Below, piece after piece: positions 13,838 to 26,000 of a stretch of 64,000 nucleotides of DNA; position 1 is the first letter of the stretch, and every line of letters begins with the position of its first letter. The notes below the pieces were generated by a model. The model was given only the letters and a program-made list of their open reading frames with translations. It was not told where the DNA came from and searched no databases. Both the position numbers and the translations under genes were made by a program. The stretch is from Macrostomum lignano (lineage: Eukaryota): positions 124,001-188,000 of the forward strand of contig NIVC01000419.1 in the NCBI GenBank assembly GCA_002269645.1. Reading direction: 5' to 3'.

Positions 13838-14149
13838 TTATTCTACATATATTCATAAAATTTTAGTTATAATAGTTATTGAATTATTATTGTGAAAGCT
13901 TGCGTTATGACACATCAACTTAAATTTTGACATCCTTTATTTGGACCCCAAGGATGCCAAGTGGGCACACTGATTCTGATGCTTTAGAAGACGCAGATTT
14001 TATAAAATATACTGGATTGTTTTACATGTACCGGTATAGTGTGTATCACATATACACCAATGTTATCTTTGATATGAGTTTCTTTGCTTCATTTTGAATA
14101 TCAAACAATTAGATAAAAGTTTTACCAATAAAATTGATACATACTACTA

Positions 14150-14395
14150 AACTCCCCCCACTCAAATACTCTACCACTATAATCGCCCCTACTCAGATAA
14201 TCTGCCACTAGAATCACCCCCCCCCTACTCAGATTATCTACCACTAGCATCACTCCCCTACTCAGATAATCTACCACTAGCATCACCCCCCCTTCTCAGA
14301 TAATCTACCACTAGCATCACCCCCCTTACTCAGATAATCTACCACTAGCATCACCCCCCCCTTTACTTAGATAATCGACCACTAGAATCGCCCAT
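14150..14395. repeat. Minisatellite (~36-39 bp, CTACTCAGATAATCTACCACTAGCATCACCCCC) just upstream of SAP18
   Basis: About 6 tandem copies. Confidence 0.85.
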
Positions 14396-14479
14396 TATGA
14401 TACTATCTGTTTTTATTTATAAAAAAGTATAGTTTGCATCATTAAACATTTCTGCTAAGCTTTGCTTACCTAGTCTAAC

Positions 14480-16027
14480 ATGAGACGCAGGGATCGTTCG
14501 CGTTCGCCAGTAGTGTCTCTGTCTCGCAGGGGCCGTAGGTCCCGCAGCCCGCCGCCTCTCCCTCGCAATCGAGATCGGGACCGGCCTCGAGATCGGCAAC
14601 CTCGCGGCGTCGACCAGAAGCCTCTGGTGGAGAGCAACAAGCAGGCCATCGATCGTGAGAAGACCTGTCCGCTGCTGCTGCGAGTGTTCTGCTCCATTAA
14701 GCGGCATCATTCACTGACTGAGTTCACCCAGGGTCGAACTCCGTCTAATGAACTGCAGATTTATACTTGGATGGATGCTACGCTGAAGGAGCTGTCGCAG
14801 CTTGTGCAGGAGGTATGTTTTGTTTTTTAGTTGTTTACATTAAAATGAACGGAGTTTATTGTGGATTTTGTGGATTGTGGATTGGCGATTTTTTTACCAA
14901 AGGGCGATTTATATTGAAGATTTTTTGAGAATAAGGCGATTCATATTGTTGATTATCTGACCTCAAGGGGCGATTTATATTGGCAATTATCTGACCACAA
15001 GGGGCGATTATCTGAGCATAGGGGCCGATTTTTATTGGCGGTTATCTAAGAATGGAGGGCGATTATCTGAGCATGAAGGGCGATTATCTGAGCATGGAGG
15101 GCGATTATCTGAGCATGAAGGGAGATTATCTGAGCATGGAGGGCGATTATCTGAGCATGGAGGGAGACTATCTGAGCATGGAGGGCGATTATCTAAGCAT
15201 TGAGGGCGATTATCTGAGCATTGGGGCAATTATCTGAGCATGGAGGGCGATTATCTGAGCATGGAGGGCGATTATCTGAGCATGGAGGGCGATTATCTGA
15301 GCATGAAGGGAGATTATCTGAGCATGGAGGGCGATTATCTGAGCATGAAGGGAGATTATCTAAGCATGGAGGGCGATTATCTAAGCATGGAGGGCGATTA
15401 TCTGAGCATTGGGGCAATTATCTGAGCATGAAAGGAGATTATCTGAGCATGGAGGGCGATTATCTGAGCATGGAGGGCGATTATCTGAGCATGGAGGGCG
15501 ATTATCTGAGCATGGGGGGCTATTTATCTGAGCATTGGGGCAATTATCTGAGCATTGGGGGGGGCGATTATCTGAGCATCGGGGCAATTATCTGAGCATC
15601 GGGCGATTTGTATTGGGTATTATGTGAGCATAAAGAGTGATTTATATAGGCAATTTTTTAGCATAGGGCGATTTATATTGGCAACTGTATCTGTAAAGCA
15701 AAACGTTCTGTCCACCCAAATTCCTCTTCATAGGTAAACCCGGACTCCCGAGCCAAGGGCACCTATTTTGACTTTGCCGTAGTCTATCCCGACCTTCAAA
15801 CGACCCGCTACAAATCGCGCGACATCGGCACCGTGCGCAACGGCACCCGCGGCATGGACGACAATGTCACTCTGAAGGATCGGCGATTTCGTATCGGCGA
15901 TTATTTGGACATTTCTATCTGTCCTGACGAGCGGACCGGCGGGGATCGGGATCGGGACCGGGACCGGGACGCAGGTCGGCATCGACGGGACGACAGTCGC
16001 GATCGGGGCGGAGGCCGAAGGCGTTGA
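14480..16027 (+). CDS. SAP18: Sin3-associated polypeptide 18 (ASAP/PSAP subunit) with RS/RD-rich N- and C-terminal extensions; exons 14480-14812, 15734-16027; ~208 aa
   Basis: IDREKTCPLLLRVF, NELQIYTWMDATLKEL, KGTYFDFAVVYP and FRIGDYLDISI are SAP18 ubiquitin-like fold motifs. GAG|GTATG donor, CATAG acceptor, phase 0. Confidence 0.95.
14900..15660. repeat. Intronic 21-bp minisatellite GGAGGGCGATTATCTGAGCAT
   Basis: Fills most of the SAP18 intron and degenerates toward both edges. Explains the EGDYLSM-repeat ORFs. Confidence 0.95.
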
Positions 16028-16184
16028 TCTGGGTTGCTGGGTTATTGTTTTTTATTGTAGGCAGCCTCGTCAATATAAATACTCGTAATATTATTATTGT
16101 GTAATATAGTGGTCACTGTGCGTAATTATGGTTGACATTGAAACCCCTCGACCGGACGTTAAGCGAAGAGTTTAAACTGAAAAC

Positions 16185-16975
16185 CTGAAAATTGGGATTA
16201 TAGTCCCAACCGGAAGCTGATAATTGGGATTAGAATACAATGAAATCCCAACCGGAAGCTGATAATTGGGATTAGAATACAATGAAATCCCAACCAGAAG
16301 CTGACAATAGGGATTAGAATACAATGATATCCCAACCGGAAGCTGATAATTGGAATTAGAATACAATGAAATCCCAACCGGAAGCTGACAATTGGGATTA
16401 GAATACAATGAAATCCCAACCGGAAGCTGACAATTGGGATTAGAATACAATGAAATCCCAACCGGAAGCTGACAATTGGGATTAGAATACAAATAAAATC
16501 ACAGCCGGAAGCTGACAATTGGGATTAGAATACAAATAAAATCACAGCCGGAAGCTGACAATTGGGATTAGAATACAAATAAAATCACAACCGGAAGCTG
16601 ACAATTGGGGTTAGAATACAATGAAATCCCAACCGGAAGCTGACAATTGGGGTTAGAATACAATGAAATCCCAACCGGTAGCTGACAATTGGGATTAGAA
16701 TACAATGAAATCCCAACCGGTAGCTGACAATTGGGATTAGAATACAATGAAATCCCAACCGGTAGCTGACAATTGGGATTAGAATACAATGAAATCCCAA
16801 CCGGTAGCTGACAATTGGGATTAGAATACAATGAAATCCCAACCGTTAGCTGACAATTGGGATTAGAATACAATGAAATCCCAACCGGTAGCTGACAATT
16901 GGGATTAGAATACAATGAAATCCCAACCGGTAGCTGACAATTGGGATTAGAATACAATGATATCCCAACCGGAAG
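16185..16975. repeat. 42-bp minisatellite CCGG(A/T)AGCTGACAATTGGGATTAGAATACAATGAAATCCCAA
   Basis: About 19 copies downstream of the SAP18 stop. Each unit has an internal inverted repeat TTGGGATT/AATCCCAA. Confidence 0.95.
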
Positions 16976-17873
16976 GGGACAACAGGGATTAAAATGAGAG
17001 GAAGTACCAGCCGGGACTGGGAAGTGGGGTTATAGTAAGATCGAATTCCAATGAGAAGTTGACAGATTTCTATCTACTTCAGAAGTTCCATTAGAATCGT
17101 ATGCGCACTCAACCACCGACTCTTCACTTGTGTTGTTAATGTACTTTTGTATGCTTAAATAATAATAACTAATCTGTCAACTAAGAATGACACGGCTTTA
17201 CAGCATAGGATGCTATTAAGAGTACAATAAATGCCTTTGCTGGGCCCGTGCTTAAGCGCATTTTTTATAGTAGGACTTTTAAAGTACATTTATTTGGCAT
17301 TCGTTTGAATTAATTAAGCTACTGTTTGTTAAGCATATTGATGACTGTTAGACTGATTCAAATGCTTAAGAAATATTAGGGGTTTGTTAAGGAAATTAAC
17401 TAGATATGCTACCGATAGTAAGTAGTATTCTTATGTAATTGAAAATTATTTCAATATAAAATTTGATGGCAATTAAAATATATCTTCAATACTGGTGTCG
17501 CTTTTTAGTAACTACTACTAAGTAACTAGTGTGGGCCTTGGTTTTCTTTATTTGTCTGTTACCAGCAAAATAGCTGCAGTAAATATCTACAGGGCTTTTG
17601 TGTTAGTCATCGGGATTCAGCAAGGAAGCAAGCAGACATACCCGTAACCCTGACTCATCGTGTGGGTACACTCCAACTACTGCCTATTTCGCTGACTGCT
17701 GAATACATACAAGCTCGCCAATACTTGCAGGGTGTACAGTGGCCTTTTGACTTTCTTATCGGTCAGGCATGTACACTCTGTGTCTTGAAAAGTGGGCTCT
17801 GATAGGTGCGAATCGCTCATTTATTCCTTTCACGAGCATCAAATGAAAAACTTTCTACTTTCAATAGAGTATA

Positions 17874-18135
17874 GGTTGTAGCCTATAGTGGTTAGAGCGT
17901 CGGACTCACCGACTTGAAGGTCGGGGGTTCGATTCCCGATCCCACTCGGACCAATTTGTGTCCTTGAGCAGGACACTTGATTCTCTGCATTGCTTCAGTT
18001 CAATCGGCTGTAAAATGGGTGCCGGTGTGTGTGGTGAACCCCCCCCTCCCCATTCCTTGGACTGAACAGCCGTACGCAGCCTTTAGATTAGCCTATTAGG
18101 GCAGGTGCAATCAATATTATTAATTTGTTATTATA
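17874..18135 (+). mobile_element. tRNA-derived SINE with CORE-like central domain
   Basis: A-box-like TAGTGGTTAGAGCG and B-box GGTTCGATTCC, followed by GTGTCCTTGAGCAGGACACTT...CTGTAAAATGGGT (resembles the CORE domain) and an AT-rich tail. No acceptor-stem pairing, so not a tRNA gene. Confidence 0.7.
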
Positions 18136-18158
18136 TCAATAGCGCACAAATTCAGTAG

Positions 18159-19669
18159 TATGTATCCAATGGCCAACAATTTCTGGCTGCAACAGCCCTC
18201 GGCCTGGGGCTGGAGCGGCCCTCTCGGGTTCGGCAAACAGCCGCCCCAGTTGACGTCACCGGAGTGAGCTTTCAATGCTACAGTACGGAGGAAATTCGTC
18301 GACTGTCAGTGAAAGAGATTAACCGTGTGGAGACATTTGACAGATTGACAGGCTACAGGCTGGACTTTGGTCTGTACGATCCCGATCTGGGTCCGCTGGA
18401 CGAGCGGGACGTATGCAGAAAATGCAGTTTAGGCTACTGGCAGTGCGGCGGCCATTTTGGCCATATTGAACTGTTCAGCCCGGTACTGCATCCGATGTTC
18501 TTCGATCTGGTGTTCAAACTAATCAGAGCCAAGTGCTTCTATTGTCACAGATTTGCTGTTAAATTAGATTTTAGACGATTGGTTCGACTGCAGTTCTTAG
18601 CGTTAGGCCTGTCTGATGAGAGCAACCCGCTGCTGTTGGCTGATCAGCTGGCTTCTATCTATGCTGCTCATCACAGTGTCAGGTGCGTAGATTTGTTATT
18701 TTATTATTTAATCTCTATCCGATGCAAAAATAAGACTTTCTAAGAAACGCCTCTATCCGTTACAAAATAAAATTTTCTAAGAAATGCCCCCATCCGTTAT
18801 AAAAATAAGGCTTTCTAAGAAATGCCCCTATCCGTTACAAAAATAAAGAATTTCTAAGAAACGCCTCTGTTAAAAAACAAGACTTTCTAAGAAACGCAAC
18901 TATCTGTTACAAAATAAGACTTTCTAAGAAACACCTATCCGTTGCAAAAATAAGACTTTCTATAAACGCCTTTATGTTTTAAAACATCGTAAGACTTTCT
19001 TAGAAACGCCTTTATCTGTTTCAAAACATCGTAAGACTTTCTAAGAAACGCCCGTACCCATTTAATTATCAATTATGTTTCTAAGAAACATCTGTCTGTT
19101 TTGAAACAATCCTTTCTAGGAAACGCCCGTACCCATTTCATTGCCAATGATGCTTCTAAAAAGCGCCATTTCTAAGAAAATGGCCCTATTTTTTAATAAA
19201 CAAACTGTCTATAGAAATTATCTATCCCTATTCCGTATTTTCTTTTAAAAATGAATTGATAAATTTTGTTTAGCTTCATGGCCATCAAATCCCATTCGAA
19301 GTTTTCCTTTCGATAAAAATTTGCCGTTTATTCTTTCAGAGAAGCAAGCGCCAATCGAAAGGCACAAAACGATGGCGAAGAGTTTACTGGCGATATTGAC
19401 GAGGAGCTGGTGAAGGAGGCTGAGTCGGGTGCCAGATCTACTGACATCGGCTGTCTGGACCGGCTGCAGGTGGGTCGGGCAAACACTGAGGCACTTAGAC
19501 AGATACAACACTTGTAAGACAGACGGGCAGACACTAAGACAGATACAAGACACTAAGACAGACAGACAGACAGACAGACAGGCAGACAGATAGACAGACA
19601 TTAAGACATACAGAGAGACAGGCAGGCAGGCAGGCAGACAGACAGACAGAGAGACAGACAAAGACACTA

Positions 19670-19706
<37 letters not shown>

Positions 19707-19896
19707 GGCAGGCAGACAGACAGACAGACAGACAGGCAGGCAGACAGACAGACAGACAGACAGACAGACGACAGACAGACAGACAGACACAGACAGACAG
19801 ACAGACAGACGACAGACAGACAGACGACAGACAGACAGACAGGCAGTCAGACAGACATTAAGACAGACAGACAGACAGGCAGTCAGACGGACATTA

Positions 19897-19971
<75 letters not shown>

Positions 19972-20014
19972 GAGACAGACAAAGACACTAAGACAGGCAG
20001 GCAGGCAGGCAGGC

Positions 20015-20079
<65 letters not shown>

Positions 20080-23000
20080 GGCAAAGACACTAAGACATAC
20101 AGGCAGGCAAGCAGGCAGGCAGACAAACTGACTGACTTAATCAGAGATAGACGGTTTAAGACACCAGGAACACAAGCGGACACTGAGACTGAGACAAAGA
20201 CAGGAACAGTTGATATTCAAAAAGAAGTCAGTGAAGTTCCTTGAATAATTTCAATACCCCGATCCCAACAACAAAACGCAGATGGCATTCGACGCGGCCG
20301 TAGCTTCGCCGAGCCGGCGCCGGCAGCCGCAGCCAACTCCGGGCATCGTACACATGCGCCGGGTTGAACTAGCCAAATCCGTCATGCACCTGTTGACCTC
20401 CCGAGCCAAAGGCAAATGCCCGCATTGCGGCTGCCGCAAGCCCGGCCTGCAGCACAAGCACAAGGCCGATGTCTACTTGGCCTCGGCCAGGTCCGGGTAC
20501 ACCGAGTCCCCGATGCTCCGCGCCAGCCGCCTAGCCAGCAATGTCGATGAGCTGATCGACACTATTGTCGAAGAAGGTCATCATCAGTCGTTGCTACCCG
20601 ACGATGGCAACGAAAATGCAGTCGAAAATGTCGCTCCGTCGCTTCTAGACGACACTCTGACCGCTGTGCTGGCCGAAGCCGCCGCCGAAGCCAAGGCCGC
20701 CGAGCCGCTCGACGCTGCGTCGTTGGCGGCGGCCGGCGGAGCGTCGACTGCCGACGGTTCGACAGTTGGACACGAGTCGCGAGTCCTGACGCCGCTAGTG
20801 CTGCGCGATCACCTGCGCTGCTTGTGGACGGAAGAATGGGAGATCCTCGGCGCCCTGTTCCCCTGCCTGACAACCGGCCAGTCGCGGGGTCGCCAGTATC
20901 CCACCGACCTGTTCTTCCTTGAGGTCATGCCGGTGCCGCCGCCCATTTGCCGGCCGCCGGGTCACGTGTCGCCGAACAGTCCGCTGATTGAGCATCCGGA
21001 GACCTCCAATTTGTCCAGCGTCCTGCGTCGGTCTCTGGATTTGTCAGCGATTGTGCGGGACTCGCTGTTTGAGGCCTCTCAGCCTGCCAAGTGGCATGCC
21101 AGTCACGTGCAGGTTGGTCATCTATCTGCCTGTCTATCTGCCTATCTGCCTAACTATTTTCCTGTTTATCTGCCTGTCTATCTGCCTGCCTATCTGCCTG
21201 TCTATCTGCCCATCTATCTGCCTATTTATCTGCCTATCTATCTGCCTATCTATCTGCCTATTTACTTGCCCATCTATCTGCCTATTTATCTACCTATCTA
21301 TCTGCCTGCTTATCTTCCTATCTATCTGTGCAAGCATCCATTTGGCAGGTTATCCAGTTATCTGTGCTACCAATAGTTTTGTTTATTTAAGAACTGTCAA
21401 TATAAACTCATCAATTCTGTTCTCTCCCGCCGCAGGCCACGGTGGCTCTGCAGAAGGCTGTCAACGCCTGCTACGACAGCCGACTGTCCGACATTGGTCA
21501 GGCTGCCGCGCCCGGACTCAAACAGCGGTTGGAGAAGAAGGAGGGCCTGCTAAGAATGCACATGATGGGTATTATGAGAATGGGTTTTATGTGTCTGTTT
21601 AATCTACTGATTTAAAGCTAGTATACAATTCATGCTTATATTTCTAACTTGGCTTGATGGGCAGATTATTTTTGTAACAGATATAGGCGTTTCTTAGAAA
21701 GTCTTATTCTTGTAACAGATAGGGGCGTTTCTTAGAAAGTCTTATTTTTGTAATAGATAGGGAGTTTCTTAGAAAGTCTTTTTTTGTAACAGATATAGGC
21801 GTTTTTTAGAAAGTCTTATTTAGATTTTTATAAGGGATAGGGCCTCTCTTAGAAAGTATTATTTTTGTAACGGATAGAGGCCTCTCTTAGAAAGTCTTAT
21901 TTTTGTAACGGATAGAGGCCCCTCTTAGAAAGTCTTATTTTTGTAACGGATAGAGGCCCCTCTTAGAAAGTCTTATTTTTGTAACGGATAAAGGCCCCTC
22001 TTAGAAAGTCTTATTTTTGTAACGGATAGAGGCCTCTCTTAAAAAGTCTTATTTTTGTAACGGATAGAGGCCTCTCTTAGAAAGTCTTATTTTTGTAACG
22101 GATAGAGGCCCCTCTTAGAAAGTCTTATTTTTGTAACGGATAAAGGCCCCTCTTAGAAAGTCTTATTTTTGTAACGGATAGAGGCCTCTCTTAAAAAGTC
22201 TTATTTTTGTAACGGATAGAGGCCCCTCTTAGAAAGTCTTATTTTTGTAACGGATAAACGCCCCTCTTAGAAAGTCTTATTTTTTGTAACGGATAGAGGC
22301 CTCTCTTAGAAAGTCTTATTTTTGTAACGGATAGAGGCCCCTCTTAGAAAGTCTTATTTTTGTAACGGATAGGGGCCTCTCTTAGAAAGTCCTATTTTTG
22401 TAACGGATATGGGCCCCTCTTAAAAAGTCTTATTTTTGTAAGGGATAGAGGCGTTTCTTAGAAAGTCTTATTTTTGTAACGGATAGAGGCGTTTCTTAGA
22501 AAGTCTTATTTTTGTAAGGGATAGAGGCGTTTCTTAGAAAGTCTTATTTTTGTAAGGGATAGAGGCGTTTCTTAGAAAGTCTTATTTTTGTAACGGATAG
22601 AGGCGTTTCTTAGAATCTTATCTCGGAACATTTCTAGAAATCGTCTTTTTAAATATGATTTTTTAAGGGCCATTCTTTTAGCAAAATGCATAGCTGTTTC
22701 TCGGAAATACCCCTTTAAATATAACCTTTCGTAGAAAGCACCTTTTGAAACATAACCATTTCTACGAAAATGTATTGTGTACGAGCTAACTACGATTAGT
22801 TCTAAGAAACTTGAACAACCACCATAAACCCTGAAACCCTTTTCTTCTAAGATTATTGTACTCGTACGATCACTTCTTCTAAGAAACAGCGAAATCCGGT
22901 TAAAGAAAAAACATTTCTCAGAAAACGTCCCAGTTGATTTTAACAAAAAACTGTTTCTAAGAAACTTCCTCATCCATATCAATCTCCTATCCTCACGCGC

Positions 23001-26000
23001 CGCAGGCAAGCGCGTGAATTTCGCCTGCCGCTCCGTGATCTCACCGGATCCGCTGATGCGAGTTGATGAAGTCGGCATTCCGGCCGTGTTCGCCCGCCGG
23101 CTCAGCTTCCCCGAAGAGGTCACCCCGTTTAATATCGATCGCCTCCGACGCATGGTTGCCAACGGACAGGACCGACATCCGGGTGCCAATGCCATTGTTA
23201 AGCCCGATGGCAGCGTCGTGCCGCTGACTCATTGTTCAAGAAAACTGCGAGCCGCTTTGGCTAGCGACCTGCGGCCTAGCCAGGGCAGGACGGGGCCTTG
23301 GACTGTGCTGAGGCACCTGTGCGATACCGACTATTTGATTATGAATAGGCAGCCCACCTTGCATAGGCCTAGTATGCAGGGTCACAAGGTTCGCGTGTTG
23401 CCTAATCCGCCTAAGTGAGTTTTTTGTCTGCAGTTTTTCCTTTGTTTCTTCGCCAGGTTCTAGAAATTCTTTCTGAGTGTTTTTAGTGTCTTGGGTGCAA
23501 TCTGGGTGTGTATTGTGTAAGCTGGTGTCTATGGCGTAATCTGGGTGTCTATGGCGTGATCTGGGTGTCTATGGTGTAAGCTGGGTGTCTATGGCGTAAG
23601 CTGGGTGTCTATGGCGTAAGCTGGGTGTCTATGGCGTAAGCTGGGTGTCTATGGTGTAAGCTGGGTGTCTATGGCGTAAGCTGGGTGTCTATGGTGTAAG
23701 CTGGGTGTCTATGGTGTAATCTGGTGTCTATGGCGTAAGCTGGGTGTCTATGGTGTAATCTGGGTGTCTAATGTGTAATCTGGGTTTCTAATATGTAATA
23801 TGGGTGTCTATTGTGTATTGTGTAATATGTTTTGCGGTGTGTACTCTAGTTATCTGTATTGTGTAATATTGATGGCTTTAGCATCATCTGATTGTCTGCA
23901 ATGCAAAACCTGACTGTCTGTAATGCAACACCTGACTGTCTGTAATGCAACACCTGACTGTCTGTAATGCAACACCTGACTGTCTGTAATGCAACACCTG
24001 ACTGTCTGTAATGCAACACCTGACTGTCTGTAATGCAACACCTGACTGTCTGTAATGCAACACCTGACTGTCTGTAATGCAACACCTGACTGTCTGTAAT
24101 GCAACACCTGACTGTCTGTAATGCAACACCTGACTGTCTGTAATGCAACACCTGACTGTCTGTAATGCAACACCTGATGGCTTATTCAAACTGCCTCTGG
24201 TATCCAACAGAAGCCGCCCGCTCCGCACAATCCGCCTGCACTATTCGGCATGCAAAGCTTACAACGCCGATTTCGATGGTGACGAAATGAACGGCCACTG
24301 CGTTCAGAGCCTGCCAGCCATGGCCGAAGTGAAGCAGCTAATGGCCGCTCCTAATCATTACCTGGCGCCGAAAGATGGCAGCCCTCTGGGCGGTCTCATT
24401 CAGGTAAGTTATGATTGTGCTTTTCACAATGGCTTTCACAATACTTTAGTTTTGATCAATTCGTTCAAAACGATACTGTGTTTTCTCCCCCAACCCAATC
24501 TCAGGATCACGTGATCGCCACAGTGAAGCTCTCCTGGATCAATCGTTTCCTATCTCGCGAAGACTATTTCCAGCTGGTGTGGGAGGGCCTCGACGCTTTA
24601 GAGACGCCGCGACAGTCGGCGATTAAAACTCTGCCGCCAACTATTTATCGAATCCGGCACAGTAGGAAAGGTCGGCGTCGGGTTCAGTGTCTGTGGACTG
24701 GGAAACAGGTTAGTTGAGATGTTTCACTTCTTGCTATTCAGTCTACCCGATGCTGTAGTAGATTGTTATCCACTCTACCCGATGCTGTAGTATATTGTTA
24801 TCCACTCTAACTAATGCTGTAGTAGATTGCTATCCACTCTACCCGATGCTGTAGTAGATTGCTATCCACTCTAACTAATGCTGTAGTAGATTGCTATCCA
24901 CTCTACCCGATGCTGTAGTAGATTGTTATCCACTCTAACTAATGCTGTAGTAGATTGCTATTCACTCTACCCGATGCTGTAGTAGGTTGTTATCCACTCT
25001 ACCTAATGCTGTAGTAGATTGCTATTCACTCTACCTGATGCTGTAGTAGATTGTTATCCACTCTACCCGATGCTGTAGTAGATTGTTAAAACTCTACCTG
25101 ATGCTGTAGTAGATTGTTATACACTCTACCTGGTGCTATAGTAGTCTACCAGATCATTTAATAGATAAGCACCCAGTTTACCATATCATCTGGTAGATCA
25201 GCACCCAGTCTACCAGAGCAGCTAGCAGATCAGCACCCAGTATACCAGAGCAGCTAGTAGATCGACACCAGGTCATATATCAGTACACACGTGTGCATCT
25301 CAATCCATCCTCCATCCATGCAGGTATTCTCCACCATACTTATCAACCTGGTGCCCAATGGCCAGCCACTGCCGAACATCAGCTTACCCGGGCGTCGTAT
25401 GAAAGCGGAACTGTGGTCCGGCAAGGGCGATCCGACCTCGCTATCCATGTCTGATGTGGATCTGCTGGTACGCCAGGGCGAGCTGCTCACAGGCATATTG
25501 GACAAGGCGCATGTCGGGGCCGCCAGCTACAGCCTGGTGCACGCTATGCACGAACTGTACGGCCCGCAGACAGCTGCCGACCTGCTGTCGGCCATCAGCC
25601 GGGTAGCCAATAGCGGACTTAGAAGCGTCGGTTTCACGCTGGGCCTAAAAGATCTCATTGTTGATCCGAGCGCCGACAGGAGGCGAAGGCGAGTGTTCAG
25701 CAAAGTTGACAGGGAAGGCGTGAAAGCTGCCAGGGCCGCTATGGGCATTGCGCCAGAGCTGCTGACTCCCGCCAGTCTGAAGTCCGCTCTGCGTGCTGCT
25801 CACTTTGATCCGGTGGAGGGCGCCAGGAAGCAGGTGAGGGGTTTGCGGTGTTTGGCCTGCGATTGTGTGTCTTGACATGTATAACTGTGTCTGTCTGGGT
25901 GTGTCTGTCTGACTGTGTCTGTCTGACTGTGTCTGTCTGGCTGTGTCTGTCTGACTGTGTCTGTCTGGGTGTGTCTGTCTGGGTGTGTCTGTCTGACTGT

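Noticed and set aside
15032-16957. Repeat-protein ORFs (EGDYLSM, YSNPNCQLPVGISL) and similar ORFs at 23846-24228, 54438, 57110-58549, 59210-59732 and 61306
   Set aside because: They lie in introns or spacers of spliced genes and arise from tandem units, often with lengths divisible by 3.
16185-16975. CRISPR-like array (palindromic repeat units)
   Set aside because: There are no unique spacers (units are near-identical end to end), no cas genes, and the context is eukaryotic. It is a minisatellite.
17874-17946. tRNA gene
   Set aside because: A and B boxes are present but the acceptor stem does not pair, and it continues into a SINE CORE-like domain.
19245-20183. 312-aa ORF and other Cys/Leu/Ser/Val-repeat ORFs (25848, 26541, 40236-41711, 47471-48196, 50319-51044)
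   Set aside because: Translations of GACA/TGTC-type simple repeats that happen to lack stop codons.
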